From the human T2T-CHM13v2.0 reference genome, Homo sapiens: a DNA stretch of 64,000 nt. Positions 21,448-40,048 of this stretch are shown one piece after another; the stretch's first letter is position 1, and each line of letters starts with the position of its first letter. The stretch lies in NCBI RefSeq assembly GCF_009914755.1, contig NC_060930.1; one strand, written 5' to 3'. The notes beneath the pieces were generated by a model, which saw nothing but the letters and a program-made list of their open reading frames with translations, did no database searches and was not told the origin of the DNA. Both the position numbers and the translations under genes were made by a program.

Positions 21448-22295
21448 TCAGGAGGCTGAGGCAGGAGAATCTCTTGAACCTAGGAGGTAGGGATTGCAGT
21501 GAGCTGAGATCCCTGCACTGTACTCCAGCCTGGGCGACAGAGCAGGACTCTGTCTCAGAAATAAATAAATAAAAATAATAATAAAAAAAGACAAAAATTA
21601 GCTAGATGTGGTGACATGTGCTTGTACTTCCAGCTACTCAGGAGGCTGAGGTGGGAGGATCATCTGAGCCTGGGAAGTTGAGGCTGCAGTGAGCCATGAT
21701 TGTGCCACTGCCCTCCAGCCTGGATGATAGAGTGAGACCCTGTCTCAAAACAAAAACAAAATGACAGCAACAATAACAACAAAACATGAAGAAAGTATAC
21801 CAATATGTTATCAGTGATTATCTTTAGGAGGTAGGATTATGAGTGGTTTTAGTTATCTTTGGTATGTCTTTCTATATTATCCAAATATTCTACAGTGAGC
21901 ATGATTACTTTTATATTTTAAAAAGGCAAAATAAGCAACAGTTAAATATGCTGATAGGATGGTATGCCTCTGGAAGAGTACATGAGAAACCTTCAATGGT
22001 GGCTGCCCCCAGTGAGGGCAACTAGGGTCTCGGACTGGGGTGAGAGAAAGACTGATTTTTTCCTGTAGTTTTGAATATCATACCACCCTTATGTATTACG
22101 AATTAAAAAACAAATAAAAAGAAAGGAAGAAAATCTTGATAGGAAGGAAGGCGAGGGCCTGCCCAGCGTGATCTGTGTGGCTCTGGGGTCCACTACACTG
22201 CAGTGGTGCGGGTGAGATGGCCGTGCAGAGGGACCTTGCGCCGGGGTGCCTGGGCACAGTGCCCTGGCAGGGGGGCTCCTCTCCTGTCTCCTCAG

Positions 22296-22425
22296 GTCCA
22301 GATCAAGGAAGAGACCCGCTTGGTGTCTGTCATTGACCAGATTGACAAGGCTGTGGCCATCATCCCCCGAGGCGCCCTCTTCAAGACCCCTTTTGGACCC
22401 ACCCATGTCAATCGGACCTTTGAAG
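22296..22425 (+). CDS. RSPH9: RSPH9 coding exon 3
   Basis: ctcctcag|GTC; VQIKEETRLVSVIDQID...IIPRGA...NRTFE(G); donor G|GTGAGT; 130 nt. Confidence 0.96.
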
Positions 22426-22575
22426 GTGAGTTCTCTGGGGCCCCTCTCAAGGGCTGGGGGTATCTTTTCCCAAGCACAGTAGAACATATGTCTGGGAGTC
22501 CAGCAGGGGGGCTTACACACTTTATCAGAGAAGGAGTAGCTGTGACCTTATCACCTGGGAGGGTGTGCCCAGTGA

Positions 22576-23151
<576 letters not shown>

Positions 23152-23293
23152 TAATCCCTTTCCTTCCTTTAGCTCTCTGACAGTGGTTGACAGGGTCTTT
23201 TGTAAGCCCTACCATGTGGTCCCAGTGCAGACAGAAAGGGGGCTGGGGGGTTTTGGGCTAACCATCATTTTCCTGCCTGCCACCTCTTTCTAG

Positions 23294-23440
23294 GACTGTC
23301 CTTGTCTGAGGCCAAGAAGCTCAGCTCCTACTTCCATTTCAGGGAGCCTGTTGAGCTAAAGAATAAGACCTTGCTTGAGAAGGCTGACCTGGACCCCTCC
23401 CTGGATTTCATGGACTCCTTGGAGCATGACATTCCCAAAG
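23294..23440 (+). CDS. RSPH9: RSPH9 coding exon 4
   Basis: tttctag|GA; LSLSEAKKLSSYFHFREP...DFMDSLEHDIPK(G); donor AAG|GTAATA; 147 nt. Confidence 0.96.
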
Positions 23441-24391
23441 GTAATAGTCCATTACCTGGAGGCCATGGGATCTGTCCTCAGGCCATAGCAGTGGGCCATG
23501 CCACCTGCCATTTTCCTCTGAGACTGGAACCAAGGGCCTAGTGGGAATTGGTGGTTCACCATGGGTTTTTGAGGGTGGAGCTTCCCCAGGGCCCAGCTTA
23601 TAGTACACACTGATGAGTGTCCTTGAATTACAAAAGGTAGGATTGTTTTCCATATGCTTTCACAGAGAGGAGGTATCTCAATGTCTCTTGATTTTTGTAG
23701 CAATCTTGAATGGGGGCAGGTTGGGAATCTTCTCCCAAATATCCTTGAAAATACTAGCCATACTTACATCTCAACTGTTACTTTTGGGATTCTGGTATTT
23801 AGGGACTGGATATAATGCTTGGCCCATAGCTGGTGGTGCTGATCCCATTTCCTTCCCTTGAGCATCTCTGGTAGAGAAGAGCATGTCCTTGGATTCTATG
23901 ACCCAATTCAGGTTCTAGGCTCTAGGCCATCGGGGGCCAGGCCCAAGGCACAGACTCAGCGCCCCACTTCTTTCTCTTCCCTTGTTGGGTGTTCCTGAGA
24001 ATGAGAGGGATCTAATGATGATGACGGCAATGATAATGACAACAATAACAACTAACTCATGAAATGTGACACTGCTTATCATGTGTCAGGCACCGTACTC
24101 AGCTCTTGCCATGCCTTATCTCATTTTAATCTTCACAGCCAGCCTATTATTTTTATCCCCATTTTACAGATGAAGAAACAGGGGCTCAGAGAGTTAAACC
24201 CAAGGACACAGTAAGTGTTAAAGTGTTAGACTCCACAGTTCTGGCATGAACTGGATTGTTAAGTAAACAATAGTTTAAATGACAATAGGAACCACAGGAC
24301 AATAGTCACCCACACCTCTAGGGGGAAACACTTCTGAAGAGCAGCAAGCGACCCAACTGGGGGGTATCTCAGGATGGGGATGGGGATGACA

Positions 24392-24712
24392 AGGGCTGTG
24401 GAATCAGACAGGCTGGGTTGGAATCCTGAATTGGCCACTTACTAGCTGTGTGACTTCATGCAAATCCCTCCATTTCCCTGTGCCTCAGTTTCCTCATTTC
24501 TAAAAAGGGGAGAATTGATATTTTCTACCTCAACGAGTTATGAGAATTAAATGGACTACTCCTATACCACCCTGAATGTGCCTAGTCTCTTCTGATCTTG
24601 GAAACTAAGCAGGGTCAGGCCTGGTGAGTATTTGGATGCAAGAATTAAATGAGTTAACTCATGCACAAAATGCTTATAACAGTGCCTAACACATAGTAAG
24701 GACTCAAATGAA
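24392..24712 (+). mobile_element. MIR SINE interrupted by the 5S pseudogene
   Basis: MIR core motifs: ccacttactagctgtgtgac, tgtgcctcagtttcctcat, aacagtgcctaacacatagtaag. Confidence 0.75.
24554..24640 (+). pseudogene. 3'-truncated 5S rRNA retropseudogene
   Basis: GACTACTCCTATACCACCCTGAATGTGCCTAGTCTCTTCTGATCTTGGAAACTAAGCAGGGTCAGGCCTGGTGAGTATTTGGATG aligns by eye with about nt 1-85 of 5S rRNA; flanked by 11-bp direct repeat AGAATTAAATG (24543-24553, 24641-24651); no poly(A). Confidence 0.88.
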
Positions 24713-24717
24713 AATGA

Positions 24718-25006
<289 letters not shown>

Positions 25007-25047
25007 TCAAAAAAAAAAAAGAAAAAAAGAAAAAAAAAAAAAGAAAC

Positions 25048-31073
<6,026 letters not shown>

Positions 31074-32554
31074 TGAGTAGCTGGGACTACAGGCGTGAGC
31101 CACTGCACCTGGCCTTATTATTAATTTTTTTAGTGGCAGAAAGTCCTTAGAGATGAGTTGGGGCAGGCCTAGGAGGGCCTAGAAGGCCAAGGCAGTAGAA
31201 GCTGCTGGTGGCTTGTGAGCAGGTCTGTGACAATAAGGCAGTGGTACACAGGTGGAGCGAGACAGGGCAAGGCAAACCAGGAATCATGAGGCCATTTCAG
31301 GGCTACTGCAGTGCCCCAGGGGCCAGGCAATGGTTCTGAGTGGGTAGGAGCTGCCACCAAGGAGTGGCCATTTGGGCTTCCATCATACAGGAACATCTGA
31401 GTCAAGCTACTCTGAGCAGGGCCAGTGCTGTAGTGACAGAGAGGAGGGTCTCCGGACAAGTAGGGGGATATGAAGAGGGTCTATAGGGGTTGGGGCATTT
31501 CTCGCCCATCAGACATACTTCTCAGACTCCCCTCATCTCCTCCATCTCTGCTCCCAGACTTGTCAGGAGGCTGAGGGTGCTGTACGTCCCTCGTTGACAA
31601 AGGGAGCCTGGAACGGCGGTGGTGATGGAACCTCAGAGCCAGGGGCTGAGGGGTGGGCCTACAGAAGTCCTCTTCATTCCCCTAATCTGAGGGCAGCAGC
31701 CCTGTCCCCTGATTCAGGGTGTGTCTGGCAAGCCCTTTGCAGCCTTCTTACCTGCAGCTGGATGCTCCAGAATCAGAAGATGAAACTCTCCTTTGTGCTG
31801 GGTGAGAGGGGCTGGTGCAGTAGTGCTGCTTTGCCCGTGGAGCCTCATCCACTGTGCAGCAAGAGGGGTGAAGAGGGTGATAGAGCTTCTGCAGCCAAGA
31901 CCAAAGCCAGCTAGATGGGGTGGGGCCCAGCAAAGTCTTCCTAAGGGAACACCATCAGCCCTATCTGCCCTCTGCTGTCTCGGGTAAGGTGGACCCTGGA
32001 GGCAGCTGTCTTTCCTTGCAACAGGAGAAGTAAAATGTGGAGCTTTGGAGTCTTCCTAAAGGCTGCTGGGGTTGGGGCTGGGCAAGGTGGCCCATGCCTA
32101 TAATTCCAGTGCTTTGGGAGGCCAAGGTGGCAGAATCGCTTGAGCTTAGGAGTTTGAGGTTACTTGTGATTGGCCACCATTGCACTCCAGCCTGGTGAGC
32201 CACTCTGATGTGTCCAGTTGGCAAGTGAATTCATCAGGCCTATGGGAGGTGTGGCATCTGGGCCTGGCAGGTGGGTGAGCTGCAGTGACCCAAGGCCCTA
32301 GGCATCCTGCCCTGATGGTGACCTCAGGGCTGCAGGATCAGCTGCTGGCTTCACTTCCCAGTCCACCCCACCATGTTGCTTTATGAGCTGGAACCTTGGA
32401 AGCTGAGGACTCCTGGCATTTCCTGGGCATGTGGGCCTCAGGGGAGGGATGCTCCTGGCCTTACCTTGGGAAACCTCCCCATACTCTTCAGGTCCTTCCT
32501 CCCAGAGCCACTACTACCAGTTTTTCTTTCTTTCTTTCTTTCTTTTTTTTTTAA

Positions 32555-32980
<426 letters not shown>

Positions 32981-33142
32981 TGAGCTGCTTGGAGGCTCCC
33001 CTGCCAGGCAGGCAGCAGCTGGGCTGGGCTGCTAATTGGGGCCAAAATCCCAAGGAAGAGTTCCCTGGGACACCAGGACTGGCTGGAGGGATGGGATTTG
33101 GCAGCTGTTTTCTGGCCAGTTAGGATAACTGTTTCCTTTCAG

Positions 33143-33239
33143 GGTCTGAGGCAGTTGTTCAGGGTGACTTCACGTGGCTTCTGAGCAGGTGTGGTTTTGG
33201 TTGGCCCTGTTCCTGGGACTCCTGCTCTGTGTCCATGAG
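33143..33239 (+). CDS. RSPH9: Candidate alternative cassette exon of RSPH9 (97 nt, switches frame of last exon)
   Basis: Acceptor gtttcctttcag|GG and donor GAG|GTAGGC; open in the phase left by exon 4 (GSEAVVQGDFTWLLSRCGFGWPCSWDSCSVSMR) and joins the open alternative frame of exon 5 (ORF 37454-37714). Confidence 0.55.
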
Positions 33240-36200
33240 GTAGGCCAACGACTCCGCATCTTGTCCCTTGGCCAAAGTGACAAGAGACACCTTGGCTGAA
33301 GAGAGGAGTGGGAGAGCTGTTGTCCTCATGAGTTGTCATGCCGTGTCCAGGGATCCGCAAAGTTCCATGGGAGTGGGTAGCTGGTTCTGGGGTGGCAGGA
33401 CCATCCTCCTGCCGGATCCAGGGTAATGACTAAGAGTTCTCTGACCTTGGGCTGCAGCCAGGTGGCATAGATGCAGCCGTGGGTCAGGAGGCCATATATA
33501 TACATATATTTGAGACAGAGTCTCGCTGGAACCTCAGCTCATTACAACCTCTGCCTCCTGGGTTCAAGCAATTCTCCTGCCTCCGTCTCCCAAGTAGCTG
33601 GGATTACAGGCGCATGTCACCACGCCTAGTTTTTGTATTTTTAGCAGAGATGAGGTTTCACCATGTTGCCCAGGCTGCTCTCGAACTCCTGACCTCAGGT
33701 GATCTGCCCACCTCAGCCTCCCAAAGTGCTGGGATTACAGGCGTGAGCCAGCACGCCCGGTCAGGAGCCTAGATTCCTAGGTAGTATCTTGCCATTCGAT
33801 GCTCCCTGAACATCCACTATATCAGCAAATAGCCACTGAGCAGCTACAACAGGCACCTGTGATGCCCTTGGAATAAGAAAAACACCTCCCTTGCCTCAGA
33901 GGTTTGGGAAGATCAAATGAAACAGAGGATGGGAAAGGGAAATGTAAACTAGAGGGTGCCTTGCAAGCATCGGTGTCCTGGGAGGTAAAGGAGGAGGGCT
34001 GGAGGGCCACTGCTCCTCTCCTTGCTCCACTCTGGGCTGGTGCAAAGGTCTCAGAATTGCCAGGTGCACACAGGCTGGGGCTCCTTCCCAAGCAATTCCT
34101 CAGCAGCAATGCTCAGTTCAGGCAGCAGAGGGCAGCAACGCGCCTGCCTGCCTGGCTGCCTACCTGGAAAGCAGCCTTTGAAAGCTGCTGCTGGTGGTGG
34201 TTGAGGACCGGGAAGGGGGCAAGTGAGGCGGGCATGGGCGCGGGGGGGAACATGGTGCCCAGGGTCAGCCTTCCCTTCGGGATGTGCGCAGGTGGCTCTT
34301 CCTGCCCCAGTTCCTTGGAAGCCTGGCTGACAAGTGTTCAGCCTTCTGGGCCACGGGGCCTGCCTTTGCTACTCGATTTGATACGGGTCTGGCAGCCAGA
34401 GGTTTCTCCCTCCTCCTCCTCCTCTGTCCTCAGGCCTCTAGGGGGTATATGATTCTTGTGGCCCTTGTAGGGGATGGGGGTGCCTCTCCCACTGGGAACC
34501 CATGGCCATTTTTTTTTTGTATGTGACAAAAATTTTGTTGGTGCTCATCTGAGAGGGTTTGAGCCATCTGTTGCCCCTGGACAGCCCTGGACCCCAGCCT
34601 GGCCTACTGTCCCTCGATCTTAATCCCAGAGCTGCCTTTCTTCCAGGATGGCAGGAGAATGTAATTAGAGTAAGTACGCCCTAGCCTGAGGTTTCCATAC
34701 TAGCAAGGTGGGTGAGACCCTGTGGGCCCAGGAAACCCAGGAGGAACCCCTCCTGATTTACCAACCTGTACCCATCACATCCTCAAAACACAGCTTCTGG
34801 AGAAGAGTGGCTGCTAGGGGGCAGGAGGGATTTGGGGAGAGAAGAGAGAGCGGGGGCTGTGAACCTGCAGCACCAAGTCTGCAGGGGGCTTTTCCCCGAG
34901 TCCTGGAGGCGGTGACAGCAGCTGGCTGGGCTCAGCCTGTTCAGCAGTTGCAGTAAGAAAGTGGGTGAAGGTGACAGCAAGTGCTTGGCTCTTCAGGTAG
35001 ATGCTACGTGACTCCTGGCACGTTGAGTCTGTGTTTCCCGGGCGACCAGCTGAGCCAGGGACGATGAGAGGACAGGAGTGTGACAGGAATGCGAGGGAGG
35101 CAGGCAGTGCTGTTTTCTGGCTGGCCCTACATGCCGCTACCGTACTCCACCAGCACCCTCCCGCCTGCGCAGCACTGCCCCCTGCCAGGCGGGGGCACTG
35201 TATTTCCCTAGCTCCCCTGCCAGTTTCTCCTTGCTCTCTGGGTAGGAGCCCCTGCTGATAGGCCTAGGCCACTTCGTCCAAGAACACTGCCCCCCGCCCC
35301 CTGCATTATCTACTGGAGGCAAGAGGTGGCCAAAGCCTAGGCAGGCAGGCTGGTGTGAGGGCAGGGCAGGACCAAGCCCTTGCCCAGGCATGCCAAGGTG
35401 CTGGCAACAATGAACTGACAAGGGTCTAGGTTGGAGGACTCCAGGATTCCATTTTCTCCAGGGCAGCACCTAGCCCAGGCAGGCTGCAAGCTGCCCTCCC
35501 TCAGTAGGCAGATAGAGATGAGGCAGTCTGGTCTTAGTTCAAGGGGCTGAGGGACTGTCTTTATGGAGCCTGGTCCCTGACGATACTCTAGGCTGGTGGG
35601 GTGACCAAGTGAGGGAATCGGATCTCCCTGGGTCTGTGCTTCTTGTCCAAGGCTGAAGCAGTGGAGTTGGAACACTCTGTCCTGTTGGACCCCCACCCTC
35701 ATCAATCCTAAACAATCTGTTTTCTGGAGATGCATGACCAGGAAAGTACCAGGCTAGGGACTCTCAAACTCTGAGGGCAGGTCTGAGAGGCAGAGGACCT
35801 CAAGCACCCAGAGAAAAGTTTTAAGAGTCAGGGGAAATACTCCTTCTCAGGGGCAGTGTTCCAGCCGGAGCCCCGCTAACACAGGGGCACTACTTTCTTC
35901 TTGATGTTGTCCAGCAGGCACTGTGTGGGCTGGAGGGGGCTGACGTCATCCTTTGCATGGGCGATGGCACTTGGTGCTGGCCACTGCACGGTGCTAAAGT
36001 GAGCTTTGCGATTGGCTTCTCCCTGAGCAGGACCAGGGACAGCCAAACTATAAACGCCCAGAAAACTTTGGTTTTGACCTGGGCAGGCGGCTGCACCCTG
36101 AGTAAGGGTGCATGAGCTGCCATGAGGGTCAGGGGTTCCTGGCAATCAGGTTTCTTGGATGCAGGGTGGCCCCCAGTGGGTGGGCACTGAGTTGTGAGGC

Positions 36201-37042
36201 TGCAGGGTGTGGAGTGACTAGGGTGAACCATGGTTGGAGGTGGCCCGTGGGAAGCTGGGGCAGCAGGAGCCAAGCAGCCAGGCTGAGCTGGCAGCTGATG
36301 AAGGCCTCAGAGAAGCTCTCAGCGCATGGCTGGCTGGTCCAACACCAAAACTTTCAAAGCATTTGCCTTTCTGGCAGGGCCTGGAGCAGGGCTGTGGCTG
36401 GGCCGGGAGAGGCCTCAGTGCGCAGGGGAATAGAAGCCCCAGATCTGCATCCAGAGGCGATTTTCCCAGGCTCCTTCCTCCCACACTGTGGCTCCCTCCC
36501 TCGGTTCTGGAGCTTAATCAGGCCCTTCCAGCCAAGTCCTCATGGCTGCACGACTCAGCCCTGAGCTGGGCTGCTCCTGTGTGGGGAGACAAAAACCAGG
36601 GCAGAACCTAGGACAAAGGCTCATTAGGGGCAACCCAAGTCCCCTCCCACCAAGGATGGCTCCCAGTCTACCAGCTGCCAGAAAGGGCCATTGAGCTAGG
36701 AGGCCTGAACTGCCCAAATTTCTATTTGAGCCTTCCTTTCCTGGTCTGGTCTAATCCAACTCAGGAGAGGCTTCAGGAAATGGGGAAGACACAGCAAAAT
36801 GGCAAGTAGTGGCAAACCACACTAGAACTGGTGACTGCACTAGGTATAGTGTGGGAGGAGCTGGTGTCTCCCTTGGCCCAGCCCAACTCCCCTCTGCCTG
36901 TGGATTGGATTCAGCCTCCTCCCCCACTCAACCTTTAGCTAGACTTGCTGACAGGAACAAAACAGACTGGTTTGAGTTTCGCCTCTTTTCATTTCCTTTG
37001 CCCTCCCTCTGAAAGTGGTTTTAATGAGCAGTGAGATGGCTA

Positions 37043-37171
<129 letters not shown>

Positions 37172-37515
37172 TCAGAAAAGTTAGCTGGGTATGGTGGTGC
37201 ATGCCCATGGTCCCAGCTACTCTGGAGGCTAAGGTGGGAGGATTGCTTGAGCCCAGGAGTCAAGACTGCATTGAGTTGTGATTGCGCCACTGCATTCCAG
37301 CCTGGGTGACAGAGTGAGACCATGTCTCTTAAAACGAAAAGAATAATGGCTAAAAGACAATCAGGGAGTAAAGCATCTGGAGAATTAAATGGTCTCTCCC
37401 CAGTGGAACCATAGCACCTGGGCCTGGCTGCCCAAGGAGCCAGGGGCCACAGCATGAAGGGCAGAGCTGTGGCTCCAGCAGCACCAGGCCTCACCTCCTG
37501 CCTGTCTTATCTCAG

Positions 37516-37676
37516 GGTCCTGGAGCATCCAGATGGAGAGGGGCAATGCCCTGGTGGTGCTGCGCAGCCTGCTCTGGCCGGGCCTCACCTTCTACCATGC
37601 TCCCCGCACCAAGAACTATGGCTACGTCTACGTGGGCACTGGCGAGAAGAACATGGACTTGCCCTTCATGCTATAG
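37516..37676 (+). CDS. RSPH9: RSPH9 coding exon 5 (terminal, stop TAG)
   Basis: tctcag|GG; SWSIQMERGNALVVLRSLLWPGLTFYHAPRTKNYGYVYVGTGEKNMDLPFML*; total CDS 227+166+130+147+161=831 nt = 276 aa. Confidence 0.97.
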
Positions 37677-38488
37677 AATGGGAGCCAGCCTGGATGTTTT
37701 TAAACAGAGTCTAAACATGATTTTCTTAAGCTTCAGTGAACTTGGCCTGCCTGTTCTGTCCTATCTTCTTAACTCCACCTCCGTCTGGTTCCAGATTCTG
37801 AAAGGCCCACTGAGCCAGGGAGCTCATTTCTAAACCAAGTGGCAGAGGGGTTGGAATGTGCTAATGAAAGAGATTCTAGACAACGATGGGTGGAAATGGC
37901 TGTGGGAGAAGGTGACAACCAGGGCCCCTTTGAGGAACGCAGTTTCTTGGATTCACACGAGAGCGGCAAGTGTGTCAGGCAGCCCACCTTGGCTCCCTGC
38001 AGCTCTCCCACAGTAAGGAGCTCACAGCTGTCATGAAGAGGATGGGACCTGTTTGGCCCATGAATTCAATTGACTCATTGGCCCCATCACAAGAGATCAG
38101 TGACTCAATGCTCAGCACCCAGCTGGCAATGTGCCCAGGACCCCCTGCACTTCCCAAGCAGTGAGCGCACACCCAATGGGTAAGCCCATGAACCCAGTTT
38201 ATGACACTGCGTTGGGCAAAACTCCTGTCCCCAGCACTGAGCATGGCCTAAGCCCCATAGCAGCTGGCAAGGGACCCAACTGCCCTGCCTGCCTCTAGCT
38301 CCCAGCATTGCTACTGTGCAGGCCAAGGGTACTGAAGTTAGTCCCACTGTCCCCTGTCCATGCATGTTGGAGGGACCAGGCCATCGTGGTGGGGTGGGAC
38401 AGGAGTATAGTTGTGGCCAAGGGCTTGTGAGTGGGCCTCCTACTCCCCAGCACAGGTGCAGGAGGAACTCTGGAAGCACTGCTCTCTG

Positions 38489-38633
38489 TCAGTGATACAG
38501 CTTCCAAGGTGTTCTTGAGTAGCAGACATTGTCCCTCAGAAGGGGTGACCCCACGGGCATGCGCACCCTGTTCCAGCGGGGGCCTTTTTTGTAGATGGGC
38601 TTGACGGAGCCAGGAGCCCAGCGCGTCAGGTAC
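38489..38633 (-). CDS. MRPS18A: MRPS18A coding exon 6 (terminal, stop TGA)
   Basis: Minus-strand acceptor ctccacag|G; (R)[47 protein letters not shown]; 145 nt. Confidence 0.96.
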
Positions 38634-39305
38634 CTGTGGAGGGAGAACAAAGAGGTGCCTGTGAGGGCTGGGGGCCCAAGCTGGACGTGGGAGAGTGGAG
38701 CACTACCTCCTCAGGCCAGGCCACGGTTGGGCAAGCAAATCCTTTCACCAGTTTCCCTTTCCTGAAGTGCAGGGATTTTCCTGGGAGTAACTGCTGAGCG
38801 TCCTGTAAACAGATGGGCTGGGCTCTTGCTGCCGCAAGCCTGTGTGGCCAGGTTCAGGCAGCCCAGGGCCACAAGCTCCCTTGATCTTTGTAAATGTCAA
38901 TGTTGGTGTGTGTTTGCTGAGGAAAAGGTGGCGAAGAGGCTGCCTGAAGAGCAGATCATTCCTCTCTGGCCTCAGCCATGGGGCGAGAAGAGCTGATGTA
39001 AGGCTCTGGAGGAACCCATTGCTCTTCCCCATTTGGCTCACTCAGCTACCCCAACCTTCAGGGAACTCCCCAGGGTACTATAACTGGTATAAGACCCCTG
39101 CCCCTCACCCAACCTGTGATGGGAATCAAGGGGTAAGGGCCCGTGGGCGCAGCCCTAGCCTAGGAAGGTTCCTGTAAATAGGAGGGGGGTGGGGAAAGAT
39201 GGCTGCCGCCCATGGACCTTTGGCCTCCTTTGGGGATGGCCAGGGCCCTGATAGTTCCCAGAAAAGTGGCTCATGCCGGCTAGGATTGGGTTTTACTCTG
39301 TCCAG

Positions 39306-39311
39306 AATAAA
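39306..39311 (+). terminator. RSPH9: First canonical plus-strand AATAAA after the RSPH9 stop (candidate distal RSPH9 poly(A) signal)
   Basis: Manual scan of 37677-39305 found no earlier AATAAA/ATTAAA on the plus strand; the site lies in MRPS18A intron 5. Confidence 0.5.
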
Positions 39312-39690
39312 ACTTGGATCCTGTCCAGAAAGGCCCATCCTTCATTCTGAAAGCTCAGCCATGACAAAGGCCAGGAATCCTCCCCTGCCTCCATTCTAGG
39401 TTGGGGCTCAACCCAGCTGTCTCTAGAGACCATCAAAGAAAAAGCTTTTTTATTTAAAAACTCAATAACCTTAGCTAAAAACTCTTAGATAAAAGAAGTG
39501 AAAAAATGATTGCTGATTTATGCAGTTCAACTGAGCTCCGCTGGACCTTGGTCTTCTGCTGCCAGCCCTGTGTTGACAGAAGCTGCGGGAGTTGCTGGCC
39601 TGCACTCCAAGTGTGTGCTGGGCAGGGATGGGAGGGCCTTCCATGTGTCTCCTGGAATTGTCACTGCCCTGGCCAGGATGATGACTGTGA

Positions 39691-40048
<358 letters not shown>

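Noticed and set aside
33904-34452. 182-aa ORF in RSPH9 intron 4
   Set aside because: Starts at a non-ATG codon (TTG), has no family resemblance, and long open frames are expected in GC-rich DNA.
37647-37649. Known ciliary dyskinesia allele RSPH9 p.Lys268del
   Set aside because: Codon 268 (AAG) is present and the CDS is the full 276 aa; none of the three CDSs shows a frameshift or premature stop.
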